A stretch of 64,000 nucleotides of DNA. Source: Rhizophagus irregularis. Taxonomy: Eukaryota. Shown piece after piece: positions 40,804 through 52,807 of the stretch. Position 1 is the stretch's first letter, and the number at the start of each line of letters is the position of its first letter. A program made the translations under genes and the position numbers. The notes beneath the pieces are model-generated. The model did not search any database and was not told the DNA's origin. It saw only the letters and a program-made list of their open reading frames with translations. The stretch is from assembly GCF_026210795.1 (NCBI RefSeq), contig NC_089433.1:558001-622000 (forward strand). The letters run 5' to 3'.

Positions 40804-41495
40804 ATGGATGATGAACTTTTGCCGAAATTATCTCAAAATTTACTCAGTATTTTGGATGATGATAATGATGAATATTATGATATTACAATTGAAGTTGGTA
40901 ATGACCCTTACGTGAGAGTATTTCGGGCTCATATGGTTATCTTAAATTCTCGTTCTCCTTATTTGCGAAGAATTTTGTCAACTAACAAAAAAAGATCCGA
41001 CGAAACTTTAACACATATTAAATTACCAAATATTTTACCTGAAATTTTTCAAATAATTCTAAGGTAAGAAATTTAAATTAGTTTTACAATTATAAGATTA
41101 TAAATTTTAATTTATCATTATTTTATTCAGATATATTTATAGCGGAAAACTTTTTTTGGTAGAATATGAAACTTTAGATATTGTTAAAATCTTGGTAACC
41201 GCCAGTGAATTAGGTCTTCAGGAGTTGATTCCTCATTTACAATCGTTTTTGATTAAAAACGAAACACACTGGATGGAACAAAATTTTAGCTTGATATATC
41301 AAACGAGCTTTGAAAATGACTCTTTTTTGGATTTACAAAACTTTTGTACAGATTTAATATCTAAACAACCAGAAAAGATTTTTAGTTCACCTGATTTTAC
41401 TTCAATTTCAGAAGAATCTTTGACCACTCTTATTCAACATGATGATCTTCAAATGAGCAAAGTTCAAATTTGGGAATATGTACTTAAATGGGGTA
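40804..41495 (+). pseudogene. BTB-BACK(-TLDc) gene truncated by Helitron insertion (exons 40804-41063, 41131-41495)
   Basis: Very similar to 50098-51583 up to KWG, then switches to CTAG plus hairpin. Confidence 0.9.
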
Positions 41496-41668
41496 CTAGG
41501 TGTAACCCGTCGCGCTGCGCTGGGAATAAAACTTGCCCAGAAAAGTAACAATGATATGGCTATATTTAGAATATTATTTACAGTAGTATGATAAGGTTAG
41601 AAGAAAATAATCTAATAAATTTATATAATTTACGTATTTATACTAATAAAAGTGAATTGTGTATGAAT

Positions 41669-41867
41669 CCCTGTAAAAAATCTGATCCGTGTTTTATCTT
41701 TCCATGTTTTTTCCGTGAAAGTATCATTTTCATGGAATTAATAGCCTTAAATCATGGAAATTTTCATCTCGCTAACACGGATATCCGTGAATGTATCATT
41801 TTCACGGAATTTTTACGGAAGACACGGAGAAATAATGGAAATATTCAGATAAAAATTTTTTATAGGG
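41669..41867 (+). mobile_element. 199-bp MITE, CCC termini, 3-bp TSD AAT
   Basis: AAT|CCCTGTAAAAAA ... TTTTTTATAGGG|AAT. Confidence 0.85.
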
Positions 41868-41929
41868 AATGTTATATATAAAATATTACATATGAAATAT
41901 TGTTATATATACAAAATGTTTCTCGTCTT

Positions 41930-42125
41930 GCAGTTCTCACCATTATCTATAAAAACCTAATATGTTGATATACAGTTAATCTTGAAAGGCAACATATAAT
42001 TAATTGCTCATGTGTAAAGACAGGTTCAGGTAGGTAAACATCAACCCTTCTCAGAGTTTGCCCTTGTGATTTATTAATTGTTATTGAGAATGCAACACAT
42101 ACTGGAAATTGACATTGATTCAAAG
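41930..42125 (-). pseudogene. Pif1/Helitron helicase motif V-VI fragment
   Basis: [42 protein letters not shown]. Confidence 0.85.
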
Positions 42126-42139
42126 TAAAGTCTCATCAT

Positions 42140-43000
42140 TTTTCACCTCATATTACTTCTCATTATTCGTCTCCCATTATTTTCTTCATTTTCCATAATT
42201 TCTTTTTCTCTCCTGTTTACTTCCCATCATTTCTTTTTGTCTCTCATCACTTCTTTTCGTTTCCCATCACTCCCATCACTCCTTTTCGTCTCTCACCATT
42301 CCTCCCTATAAAAAATTTTTATCCGAATATTTCCATCATTTCTCTGTGTCTTCCGTAAAAATTCCGTGAAAATGATACATTCACGGATATCCGTGTTAGC
42401 GAGATGAAAATTTCCATGATTTAAGGCTATAAATTCCATGAAAATGATACATTCACGGAAAAAACATGGAAAGATAAAACACGGATCAGATTTTTTACAG
42501 GGCCTCTTCGTCTCCCATCACTCCTTTTTATCTCTCACCACTCCTCTTCGTTTCCCATCACTCCTTTTCGTCTCTCACCACTCCTTTTTGTCTTCAATAA
42601 CTCCTCTTCGTCTCCCATAACTCCTTTTCGTCTCCCATCACTCTTTTTCGTCTCCCATCACCCCTCTTCGTCTCCCATCACTCCTTTTCGTCTCCCATCA
42701 TTTTTCTTCGTCTCTCATTACTCCTTTTTGTCTCCCATCACTTTTCTTCGTCTACAATCACTCCTTTTTGTCTCCCATCACTCCTCTTCGTCTCCCATCA
42801 CTCCTTTTTGTCTCCCATCACTCCTCTTCATCTTCCATCACTCCTTTTTGTCTCCCATCACTCCTCTTCATCTTCCATCACTCCTTTTCGTCTCCCATCA
42901 TCCCTCTTCGTCTCCCATCATTCCTTTTCATCTTTCATCACTCCCCTTCATCTTCCTATCACTTCTTTTCGTCTCTCATCACTCTTTTTCATCATCCATC
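42140..43000. repeat. 20-bp minisatellite (CTCCCATCACTCCTyTTCGT)n
   Basis: More than 20 tandem units, interrupted by the MITE. Confidence 0.95.
42304..42502 (-). mobile_element. Second copy of the same MITE, inverted, TSD CCT
   Basis: CCT|CCCTATAAAAAA ... TTTTTTACAGGG|CCT. Confidence 0.85.
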
Positions 43001-43510
43001 ATGTCCTATTTTTCCTTTTTGTTTCCTATCACTCTTCATTACTCTTTTTTACTCCCTTTCTTCTTCTATTACTTTCCATTACTCCATTGTTATTTCATTT
43101 TTTTATTAGCATCTTTCTCCTTGATCATTATAATTTACTTATCTTTTTTATTTATTGTTATTGTTTTTTTATTTGTATCACTTCATTAAAAATAAATACA
43201 GTGATTTTTTTCTTTAAAATCGAAAATGTGGGACTTAAATTTTAATATTTGCAAATAAAATTTCATTAAATAAGATTATTTTGAATGTAAAAAAATTTTT
43301 AAAATATCTTCTCAATAAAATTTTAACCGATCAAAAATTAGCTAAGAAAAAAATCAGCCATCAATCGATTAATAAATTTACTTTATATATTGTACATCAT
43401 GTGACACATTGACAGATGATCCGTGCCTTATATAAAGGAGTAACGTAAATTGATCTAAAATAGTAATTTTACGTTACTTACTTAGCCAATTTCCGTTACT
43501 TACTTGCTAC

Positions 43511-44352
43511 TGTTACCGGTTATATCGGTAAATAAGGAGTCGCAAACTATTTATATTATATCGTAATTCTACACGATTACCAACGGGATTCTTACTCAAT
43601 ACTACCTATCCTGGTATTCCGGTATTGTTCGTTAAGAATCAACGAGGCAAACAACTACAAAAACACGATAAACAATAATACGCAATAGTTATAAGATGAA
43701 TTTCACAGAAACAACAAGTCAAATAAATGAAGTATAACAATTTATTAAATAATCGCAGGATTTGAGTGTACAACACACGATGAAAAGTGACGAAAAACGT
43801 CAAGGGGAATAGAGGTCTATTATTTATGGTAATATATATATAAAAACCCTAATATCTCTTTCAACGCGTTGGCAGACGACGTATTTATATCTAGCCGAAT
43901 TTTCTGCCATCTCCTTTTCTGATACTAGGGGTGAAATCTAATCTATTGAGATCTATGTTTTATTGCGATGTTTCATATTGTATCAACACTATTGTAAGCC
44001 ACTTTTAATAAACACAATAAACACAAGACGTCAGTTTTAGACGTTTAATCACTATTGAGTTAATTTCCCCACAATGTCTTCTAATAAAATTGTATACATA
44101 TAAATAATACAAATAAAGAAAATAAATACTAAATAATAATCAACTAAATAAATATACTAATGATATATATGTAAATTCAACGTATAAAATCAATATCTCT
44201 AATATAGTTAACTGATATACATAAATCAGCAATTATACATCGGCGTAAATCAACTCGTAACACCGGAAATCGACGTGTACACAAACGTACGAAATTCTTG
44301 TCGGATCAGCAATGTAATATCGGAAATCATGTGCGCAAAAATTCGCGTAACA
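43511..44352. mobile_element. Solo-LTR-like (or Ginger-like) element, 4-bp TSD CTAC
   Basis: CTAC|TGTTAC ... GTAACA|CTAC; non-coding, 842 bp. Confidence 0.65.
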
Positions 44353-44759
44353 CTACCTACTGATTTTATAGTTAGGTTATTAGCTTACTACGGATTTATA
44401 ATTATATAGATTTGACAAATAAATTCATACAAACCTATATGTTTGCCGATCAAATAAATGGCCTTAACTTTTAAGTTTAAATCAGGCACTGAATCATGCT
44501 ACACAATTCAAGATTATTTATACAGACTTAATCTAAACGTTAGAAGATCGACATGTATTTTTTTATTATATTATTATATAGAAGATATATAGATATATCA
44601 TGCTAGAAAAAAAAATATAATAATTATGTATGTGCTATGACTTACCTCCCCAGCTTGTATGATGCATCATATCACCACCGCGAACTAGACTCGATGATTC
44701 CGATTACATTTTAAGCAAGTGAGGCGTACAGTGCATTCCCTTTGATATGTCCCAAAATA

Positions 44760-45095
44760 TTCGATCTACTGTCTATTGTAATATGTCTCCTGGTTGATCC
44801 CATTCGAATTTCATCTATAATGCAATTGTCTTTTTAACATACTAGGAATCCGGCCAACTGATAAATCGTTTTCATGGCCGTTTTTTATGTCCTATTACTT
44901 TTCCTGAATAGAAGGTCTTAATTCGTGTTCCAGCCTTCTTTTCTTTTTTGCCTCCTCTCTTTCTTGGGCAATTTTAGGAGGTAATGAAGGAGCTTCAATC
45001 CGGACAAGCTGGCTCAAATATTCTACACGACCAATTGCAAGTTAAATTAGATTGTTCCAGGCTAGGTTTTCATCAATGAGCCAAACACGCTGTGG
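44760..45095 (-). repeat. Degenerate coding remnant; inverted copy at ~48965-49330, shorter copy ~48400-48560
   Basis: Shared attgatgaaaacctagcctggaa..ttgcaattggtc..ttgaagctccttcattacct. Confidence 0.75.
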
Positions 45096-46218
45096 GTACA
45101 AAATTACTATAACACAGATTTGATAATTGAACGGAATGCAAAAATTATGTAATTTATCACAATGTGTTTTATCCTTTTAACTTATATGGGATGTGTAAAA
45201 TGAAAATATTATTATAATGTATGTATTATACTACTATGTAAATGCATTGTATAGCAAGAATGAAATTTTTTATCAAGCAATGATGAATTATCAATAATAT
45301 TAATACAAAGCAAATACTGTAGATAAAGAACGGATTAAAACTTTTTGTGTGCTACATTATAAATTTGAACAATAAAGATGAGTACAAGTATTACGGATTC
45401 TTTGAATTGATTCGTTTTTCTCTTTTAATATACCGAATTTGTATTTTACTTTATCATTGAGAAAACTCCATTTCTCGTTAAGTAGTCCAAGTTGGCGTTG
45501 GTTTGCTCAAATCCCACATCGATTATCTCCTCAATGTCTCAACTCTTTCTTTCATGGTCTTGTTTCTTTCCCCAAGGTCTCTATTTTTTCCGTCAACTTC
45601 TCGTTCATAATTTTTATTTCCTAAAAATCAATGTTATTATATAAAACAGGTGGCACCATTTAAGGTTATGTACATACTTCTTTGATTCCAATAATGTGAT
45701 AGCACATTTCAAACACTTTCACAATGGTGATTAAAGTTCCAAAGAATTTTAAGAATTTTACAATATTAAGAAATAAATTGAAATAATAATAATAATCTAA
45801 AGATATACAAACTTGTTAATATATTAACAAGGAAACGGTGCAGAAACACTTTCTTACCTAAGTCTTGTGATACAATCGAATATTCCGTCCATATTTTATA
45901 AAATGTCTGTATGATACAAAAATTGCGGATTGAAAACAATTGAAGATTTATGAGAGATAAATAAAAAAATAGCAAGTGAAGCAAAAGATAAAGAAACTTC
46001 AGTAAGTTTAATTTTATTATTTATTTATATTAATTTTTTTTCGGATCTCTATCCACACATCATTATATTTATGTCTGATCATGATTACATGACTAGTAGT
46101 CTAATAGTCTATAAAATCCAATCTTATGTCATTATTTCGTAACCGTTAATTTGAAATTTACTAACACAGAGAATATGCGAAAAATTAAATATCTGTGTAT
46201 TACTGTATAAGTTACTGA

Positions 46219-46524
46219 TTATAGGAGATCGAAACTTTTGGATGCTTGATTAACGAACTCCTTAATTTTTCGTATCCTTTCTGGAATAACAATTTCTGGG
46301 TTTTGGTCATACCGTACTTCAATAAGGAAAATTCCATTATCCAGATTCCAGACAAATGCATCTTTTTTACGATTAACGATGTCCTCGAGTTTTTTGACAT
46401 CTTTATACCAGCTAGTGCTATGAAGCCGATGTTGAGCCCCTTGCACCTCTAATGCTATTCGATATTTTTGGAAAAAGGCATCAAGCTCTAATCTATTCAA
46501 GAAAGGAGGACGATATTCAATCAT
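46219..46524 (-). pseudogene. PD-(D/E)xK (DUF559/Vsr-like) endonuclease-domain ORF, probably partial
   Basis: RP.FL..LELDAF...RIALEVQGAQH...GIFLIEV.Y pattern. Confidence 0.6.
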
Positions 46525-46899
46525 AGGTTCTTCATTAGGGAATTTGCGATTTTTCTTAGATTCTCTTTCTGCCTGATCCTGCTCTAGTTTTAAAATTCTG
46601 CCTCAAACTCAGCGAAACTCTGTCTCAATGCTTCAAGCCTAGCTTTCTCGTCAGTTTTCTTAGCCTCAAGCTCAGTGATCAATACTTCAAGCTCAGATGA
46701 CGATAGATAATATTTTTATACATGAAAGAATTATTCAATGTTACGTGACAAATGCAAATGTAAAATCACTTTATTAATACACGCAAAAAATAAATACAAA
46801 GCTCGGGACTGTGCCCGTGATACGTAAATTTTCTATACTAATGACTGCGGACTAATGCCGCCTATTTTTCTTGATTTTTTTTTTTTTTGATTATTTCTT

Positions 46900-48020
46900 C
46901 TACACGGCGCTTCTTAGTTGCGGGTTCATCACTACCTCCTAAGAGCTCTATCCTTTAATAAACCTACTATAACCTCTAAAACTCTCTTCACTCTTACGCA
47001 ATGCTGTATCATCTTTGAGAGAATCTTCTGTAAGTGAAATTCGATACTCTGCTTGTACTATAGATAACTTCGGTGCTGTGAAGAATGAAGTACCGGTCGG
47101 TTCCGGTACTGACTATACCATAGACGTATTCGTAATCGGGATCGAACGCCTGATCAACCTTTCGCTTTTTCTTGTTCATATTTAATATTCATCTGGAGGG
47201 AAATAGCGAAGTAAGTTAGCAATAGCCCATGATCAACCTGTAGCGAGCGGGGTAGCAGGATTTGTTATACTTACATCACAAGCACTTCGACATTGTAGTA
47301 AGTTTCGGCAAATATCCACAGTCGCCTGATTTTGTTTGCCCTCGGTTTAGTCGGTTATGCAAATTATTTCCTCCAACATCTCGCTGATAATTTTTTTAAT
47401 TGCATAGTCAACACAGCGTGTTTTCTTCGCCAATTATATTCGCCTGAGGGCTGAGTTGTGATTACAAAACCGTCGATAAGACTTACAGCCGCATGTAAGA
47501 TTGTTGAAATGTACTAGCACCGCATAGCTTCATATTTTTTATCCTACGGAGAATGTCGTCAATGCATAGCTTAAATTCGGGGGCGCTTTTCGTTGATCGT
47601 GTGGGTGGCTATATTATGATACGTGAGCTCGAATATATTAAAAAAGATCCATTTAACCTGACGTGGTATGAACTGTGGAATGCGATTATATCCCGCTAAT
47701 AATCTCATATTTCTCCAGCACTTCACTCAAGTCTTTCTTAGTCTTGTACGAGGAGAACGACCTCAGCCTTCTCCTTGCACTCCTTAGTAAAGTCTATGAG
47801 AGCTGTAGCAGGTCCCAATTTCATTCCATGACGCTCAAGCTCTTCTTTGGTTATTTTGGAGAAGGTACGGCCATTAACCTCGTTCTAAAATTTTGATTTT
47901 GAGAGCTGTCTCACTAAGCCCTAAGTCTTCCTGACCCTTCAAAAACGAGATAAGTCCAGCCGTATCATATGTTTAACTTCGTCCGCGAGTCATTTCTAGA
48001 GACAGGTGTATTAGTTTCAG
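46900..48020 (-). pseudogene. Degenerate SAM-like domain gene with possible nuclease-like (Crinkler-related) C-terminus
   Basis: YDTAGLISFL.GQEDLGLSETALKI..VNGRTFSKITKEELERHGMKLGPATAL; later VDYAIKK..EEIICIT; many frameshifts. Confidence 0.6.
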
Positions 48021-48136
48021 ACTGGGATATTGGGCTCGGATAAAAAAATATGTGTTACGTTCCTGGAGTTAATGTAGGTTTTACGTCGCACAAGCATTGC
48101 ATCATTACACGTGACTTTTAACCAAGGAATGCATTA

Positions 48137-48331
48137 CAGTCAAAGCTCGTTATAGTGAATCTCGTTATAGTGAACATTAAGTAAAATCGCGTTATAGTGA
48201 CCTATTGATTTTTTTCTTTATAATTAATTTCTCTCGATATAGTGAATTTTCTTAATAAATCTCGTTATAGTGAAAAAAAGGGAAAAAATTACATAGTGGA
48301 ACGGAAAGTTCACTATAATGAGCTTTGACTG
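48137..48331. mobile_element. Tc1/mariner (pogo-like) MITE, TA TSD
   Basis: TA|CAGTCAAAGCTCGTTATAGTGAA ... TTCACTATAATGAGCTTTGACTG|TA; internal CGTTATAGTGA repeats. Confidence 0.9.
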
Positions 48332-50097
48332 TATACCTTTACAGTATGATGTTTAGATTGGGAACTTGGATATGTTATGACTATTCACACTAGCCAGTGC
48401 ATGACCCACAGGTTATCGATGAAAACCTAGCTTGGGATAACCTAATTTATCTGGCAGTTGGTCGTGTGGAATACTTTGAGTCAGCTCATTCGGGTTGAAG
48501 CTCCTCCATTACCTCCTGAAATTGCTCGAGAGATTGAGGAGACAAAAAGAAAAGAAGGCTGCGAATATAGTACATACATTGTCCGAAGCGTATACTACTG
48601 AACTAGCAAAATTTGTTTTAACCCCGTTTTTGTCCCTGTCACAATCGACAATTTTATTTCCTTTTTTTGAATATGTATCACGATATGTAACACTACCTAT
48701 TTGGCCCCTGAAATATGCCAAATAAATAAATTACACGTAGGTCACGTAACATTTGCGAGTTATGCAACGCGAAGGACTTAAACGGTTTCCGTTTTCCTAG
48801 TAATATTTTGATCCATATAAGTTAAAAGGATAAAAACTTTTTGCATTCCGTTCAACCTCAAAGAGTGCGAAAACCCACGCCTTACCGAATCCTCCAATTT
48901 TAAGCCTACCACTTATGAAACTCCAGAATTAATTATCAAATCTGTGTTAGAGTAATTTTGCACTCACAGCGTGTTTGGGTCATTGATGAAAACCTAGCCT
49001 GGAATAACCTAATCTAACTTGCAATTGGTCATGTAGAATATTTGAGCCAGCTTGTCCAGATTGAAGCTCCTTCATTACCTTCTGAAATTGCCCAAAAAAG
49101 AGAGGAGGCAAAAAAGAAAAGAAGGCTGGATTTTAGACCTTCTATTTAGGAAAAGCTTATTGGATATTTGTACTAGGACAAGATAATTGGCCATGAAAAC
49201 GATTTATCAGTTGACTGGATTCCTAGTATGTTAAAAGATATTAAATGCGCATTATAGATGAAATTTGAACAGGAGATATATCTCAATAATACTTTGGGAC
49301 ATATCAAAGGGAATGTACCGTCTGCTTAGAATGTAATTAGAATTATCGAGTCTAAAATAAGCTAAAATGATAAGTGATAAAAAGCATTCATCCAGTAACA
49401 TGCCTAGCGACTTGGAGGAACTCAAAAAGATAAAGAAATTAGCTAAGCTAGTGGGATTCAATGAGCAATATTCTATATTGTATAGTGTGTTTTCTGGAGA
49501 AATTAAACCGTTAGAGAAAAATTGGATGACTATCATTCCCAGCATGAAAAGCTTAAAAAGAGGACAAATCAACTAGAATGAATGTAAATTGGATGGAAAA
49601 CGAATTAGAAGATTTGGACGAATGTGGAACTAATGATACTGTAGTTGACTTAATAAATGAAATGGTTCTTTGCAAGAATCAAAATAATAAGTACTGGGAG
49701 TTCAGTTCATCTAAGTCCAGCTCATCTGATTCTGAAATACTGATGAGAAGAAAGATTTCATGAAGAAATCCTCTGTGACGTGACCGATATCGACCGTTTG
49801 ATCCACCACCGTCTTGACTACCCGTTTGACCGGAAAATAATGAAATTTCAGTTTATTATTTTAGGATTTTGATAGGGTATAAATCCTTCTTTATTTTTTA
49901 TTAAAAAAATAAATTCATTTTGATAAAATATTTTGACCTTTATATTTGGTCATTTCAATGACAAATTTGGTCAAAACTACTGTATATATAGTACCGGAAA
50001 TAATTCTCAATAACAGATAATAAAAATTTTCTACTATTGATTTGGAAAACAAGGTCTTTTTGATACAATTTAATTTAAAGTATAAAAACATTTACAA

Positions 50098-51583
50098 TTA
50101 AATATTAATCTGAAATACTTCATATTCTTCTACAGAACTATTACACTTGATCGATTTTTCATAATAAGTCTTATAACATGCAACCGTAAGTTCATTACCA
50201 AATGTTTTAAAGTCTTCCCCACCAAATGATGGACCGTAACCAGAATAATAATATATAGCATGTTTTTCATCTATTACTCGACTTAAAATATGATTTTCGA
50301 TATCTCCATCATTCTCAAAAGAAAATATAAAACTATCTTTAGTTTCACCATAACGAGATACAGCCGTGTCATTAGAAGCCCATATGATCGGATTATACCC
50401 TCCAAAAATTCTATTGCTAAATTTATTTTTAAAAATTACTACAGTATGAGATTGATTATCACAAATTTCATGGAATTTTTTAGGAGTGAGCCCATCACGA
50501 GAACCACGAAGAATTAATTTGAATTCATATAATTTTCTTATCTCGTCCGTAACCTCTAATCTATCAATCCATTTTGAGATTATTTCAACATGAACATTTT
50601 GAAATGATTCAATTTTTGAATCAATACTTTTGGAACTAATTTCTTTAATTATCTGCGGTTCTACCCTGCTACTTGAATTATAATCATAATTCAAAAAATA
50701 TTTAAATAAATCATCAAGTAATTCCTCGGGTATAATCTTTTTATATGGATATACCTTATCAAAAAATTCTTTGGGAGTGAAATCAATAAATTTAACAAAA
50801 GGGATAGATGATTGTAAGGTATTCGTTAAAGCATTAAAATTATCTTTTGAATAGCTTGAAGGATCTGATGAAAGTTCGGGATTTTGAGCAATACCCCATT
50901 TAAGTACATATTCCCAAACTTGAACTCCGCTCATTTGAAGATTATCATGTTGAATAAGAGTGGTCAAAGATTCTTCTGAAATTGAAGTAAAATCAGGTGA
51001 ACTAAAAATCTTTTCAGGTTGTTTAGATATTAAATCTGTACAAAAGTTTTGTAATTCCGAAAAAGAGTTATTTTCAAAGCTCGTTTGATATATCAAGCTA
51101 AAATTTTGTTCCATCCAGTGTGATTCGTTTTTAATCAAAAATGATTGTAAATGAGGAATCAACTCCTGAAGACCTAATTCACTGGCGGTTACCAAGATTT
51201 TAACAATATCTAAAGTTTCATATTCTACCAAAAAAAGTCTTCCGCTATAAATATATCTGAATAAAAGAATGATAAATTGAAATTTATGATCTTATAATTG
51301 TAAAATTAATCTAAATTTCTTACCTTAGAATTATTTGAAAAATTTCAGGTAAAATATTTGGTAATTTAATATGTGTTAAAGTTTCGTCGGATTTTTTTTT
51401 GTTAGTTGACAAAATTCTTCGCAAATAAAGAGAACGAGAACTTAAGATAACCATATGAGCACGAAATACTCTCACGTAAGGGTCATTACCAACTTCAATT
51501 GTAATATCATAATATTCATCATTATCATCATCCAAAATACTGAGTAAATTTTGAGATAATTTCGGCAAAAATTTATCGTCCAT
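50098..51583 (-). CDS. BTB/POZ-BACK-TLDc domain protein, 2 exons (51583-51324, 51256-50098), ~472 aa
   Basis: YDITIEVG..FRAHMVIL..RS.Y (BTB), VWEYVLKWG (BACK), LRGSRDG..FH..CD, FGGYNP, SFIFSF, YGPSFG, EEYEVFQI (TLDc); in-frame GT-AG intron. Confidence 0.93.
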
Positions 51584-51725
51584 TTTAATTAGCGCAAGAG
51601 AGAATTTAATTTAAAAATGGCACTTAAATCTCGGATACGGCAGATTATAAGTCCGAAAGCCACATTCCTGATTTGCCGATCGGCTGATAATCAAAAGGCG
51701 AATTAAGATTTAGTTCGCTTATGCA

Positions 51726-52807
51726 TAGTGCTTCGACCCGGATGAAAACCGTCATCCGGATTACACAAAAAAATAATCCGGATTATATCCGGATTGACCC
51801 GGATTTTGAATCCGGATCAGATAATCCGGATAGAAACCGGAAACCGGATTGGATTTACAAATGGTCGGCAATAATTCTGGCCAGAATTCATAACGCCGGC
51901 CAGAATTACAAATTGTGTGACATTAAATTTTCATGCCAGCCGATAAAAAATTTTTTGCCCGGTGGCTAAACTATTTTTCCGGTGTCACGTGATGTTAATT
52001 TCGGCCAGAATTACAAATTTGGCCAAAATTATCCAAGACTACGAAATTTACATAATTCCAATTTCATTAAATATTTTTATTTAAAACAATTTCATATTAT
52101 TTCAGCATTGTCTCAGACTATTGCTTAACATTTCTTTGTAAATTAACTAATTATGAAATTTTAAACAAGATATTTTTATATACAGCTAAAGATTACTATA
52201 AATAGATGTGTTGGGTTAGTAAGGCAATTTTTAAAGGATTTGTTTCTTCTTTCAAAAATTAAAGAATCATTTGAATCAAATTATATAACACTAGTTTTAA
52301 TTTTTAAAAAAAGTTGTTATAATTATAATAAATTTATAATATTGAACAATTTTTCATTTAAAACAATACAACAAAATAATATAAAGTTTTTTTTCTTTTG
52401 AACGTTTGAATGTGAAATCTAAAATTATTTGTTATTTGTTAATGTATAAATTTAAATAAAATCTGATACAAACTTCAATAAATAAATTATAATTGAAAAA
52501 TCTTCTTAAACTTACTGTATTAAAAAGTTTAATATAACAAATATAAATTTAATAAATTTTAATAAAAAAATTGGTATTAGGCGCAAAAATAATTAAGCCA
52601 TAATATCATTTAGATATAGATCTTTATGGATCAGCAAAATTATTATTAATAAAAAAAAAATAATAAAAATTTCATCCGGATTCCGGGTCAAACCGGATAT
52701 TTTTCATCCGGTTTATAATCCGGATGAAAACCGTGAAAATCCGGATATCCGAAAAAAAAAAAAATCCGGATCAATCCGGATTGATCCGGATACGGGTCGA
52801 GGCACTA
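51726..52807. mobile_element. Non-autonomous hAT element, 15-bp TIR, 8-bp TSD CTTATGCA
   Basis: TAGTGCTTCGACCCG ... CGGGTCGAGGCACTA; dense CCGGAT subterminal repeats; empty site at ~40563-40570 in the paralogous region. Confidence 0.93.

Larger units (their letters stand above)
41496..44410 (-). mobile_element. Non-autonomous Helitron with helicase remnant (5' end tentative)
   Basis: Minus-strand 3' end TCCCAGCGCAGCGCGACGGGTTACACCTAG; candidate 5' A|TCTATATAAT at 44410. Confidence 0.75.

Noticed and set aside
41669..42502. Single Pack-MULE with 200-bp TIRs
   Set aside because: Each arm has its own TIRs and its own TSD, so these are two MITE insertions.
42438..43245. S/P/L/H-rich ORFs in three frames
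   Set aside because: Translations of the 20-bp minisatellite.
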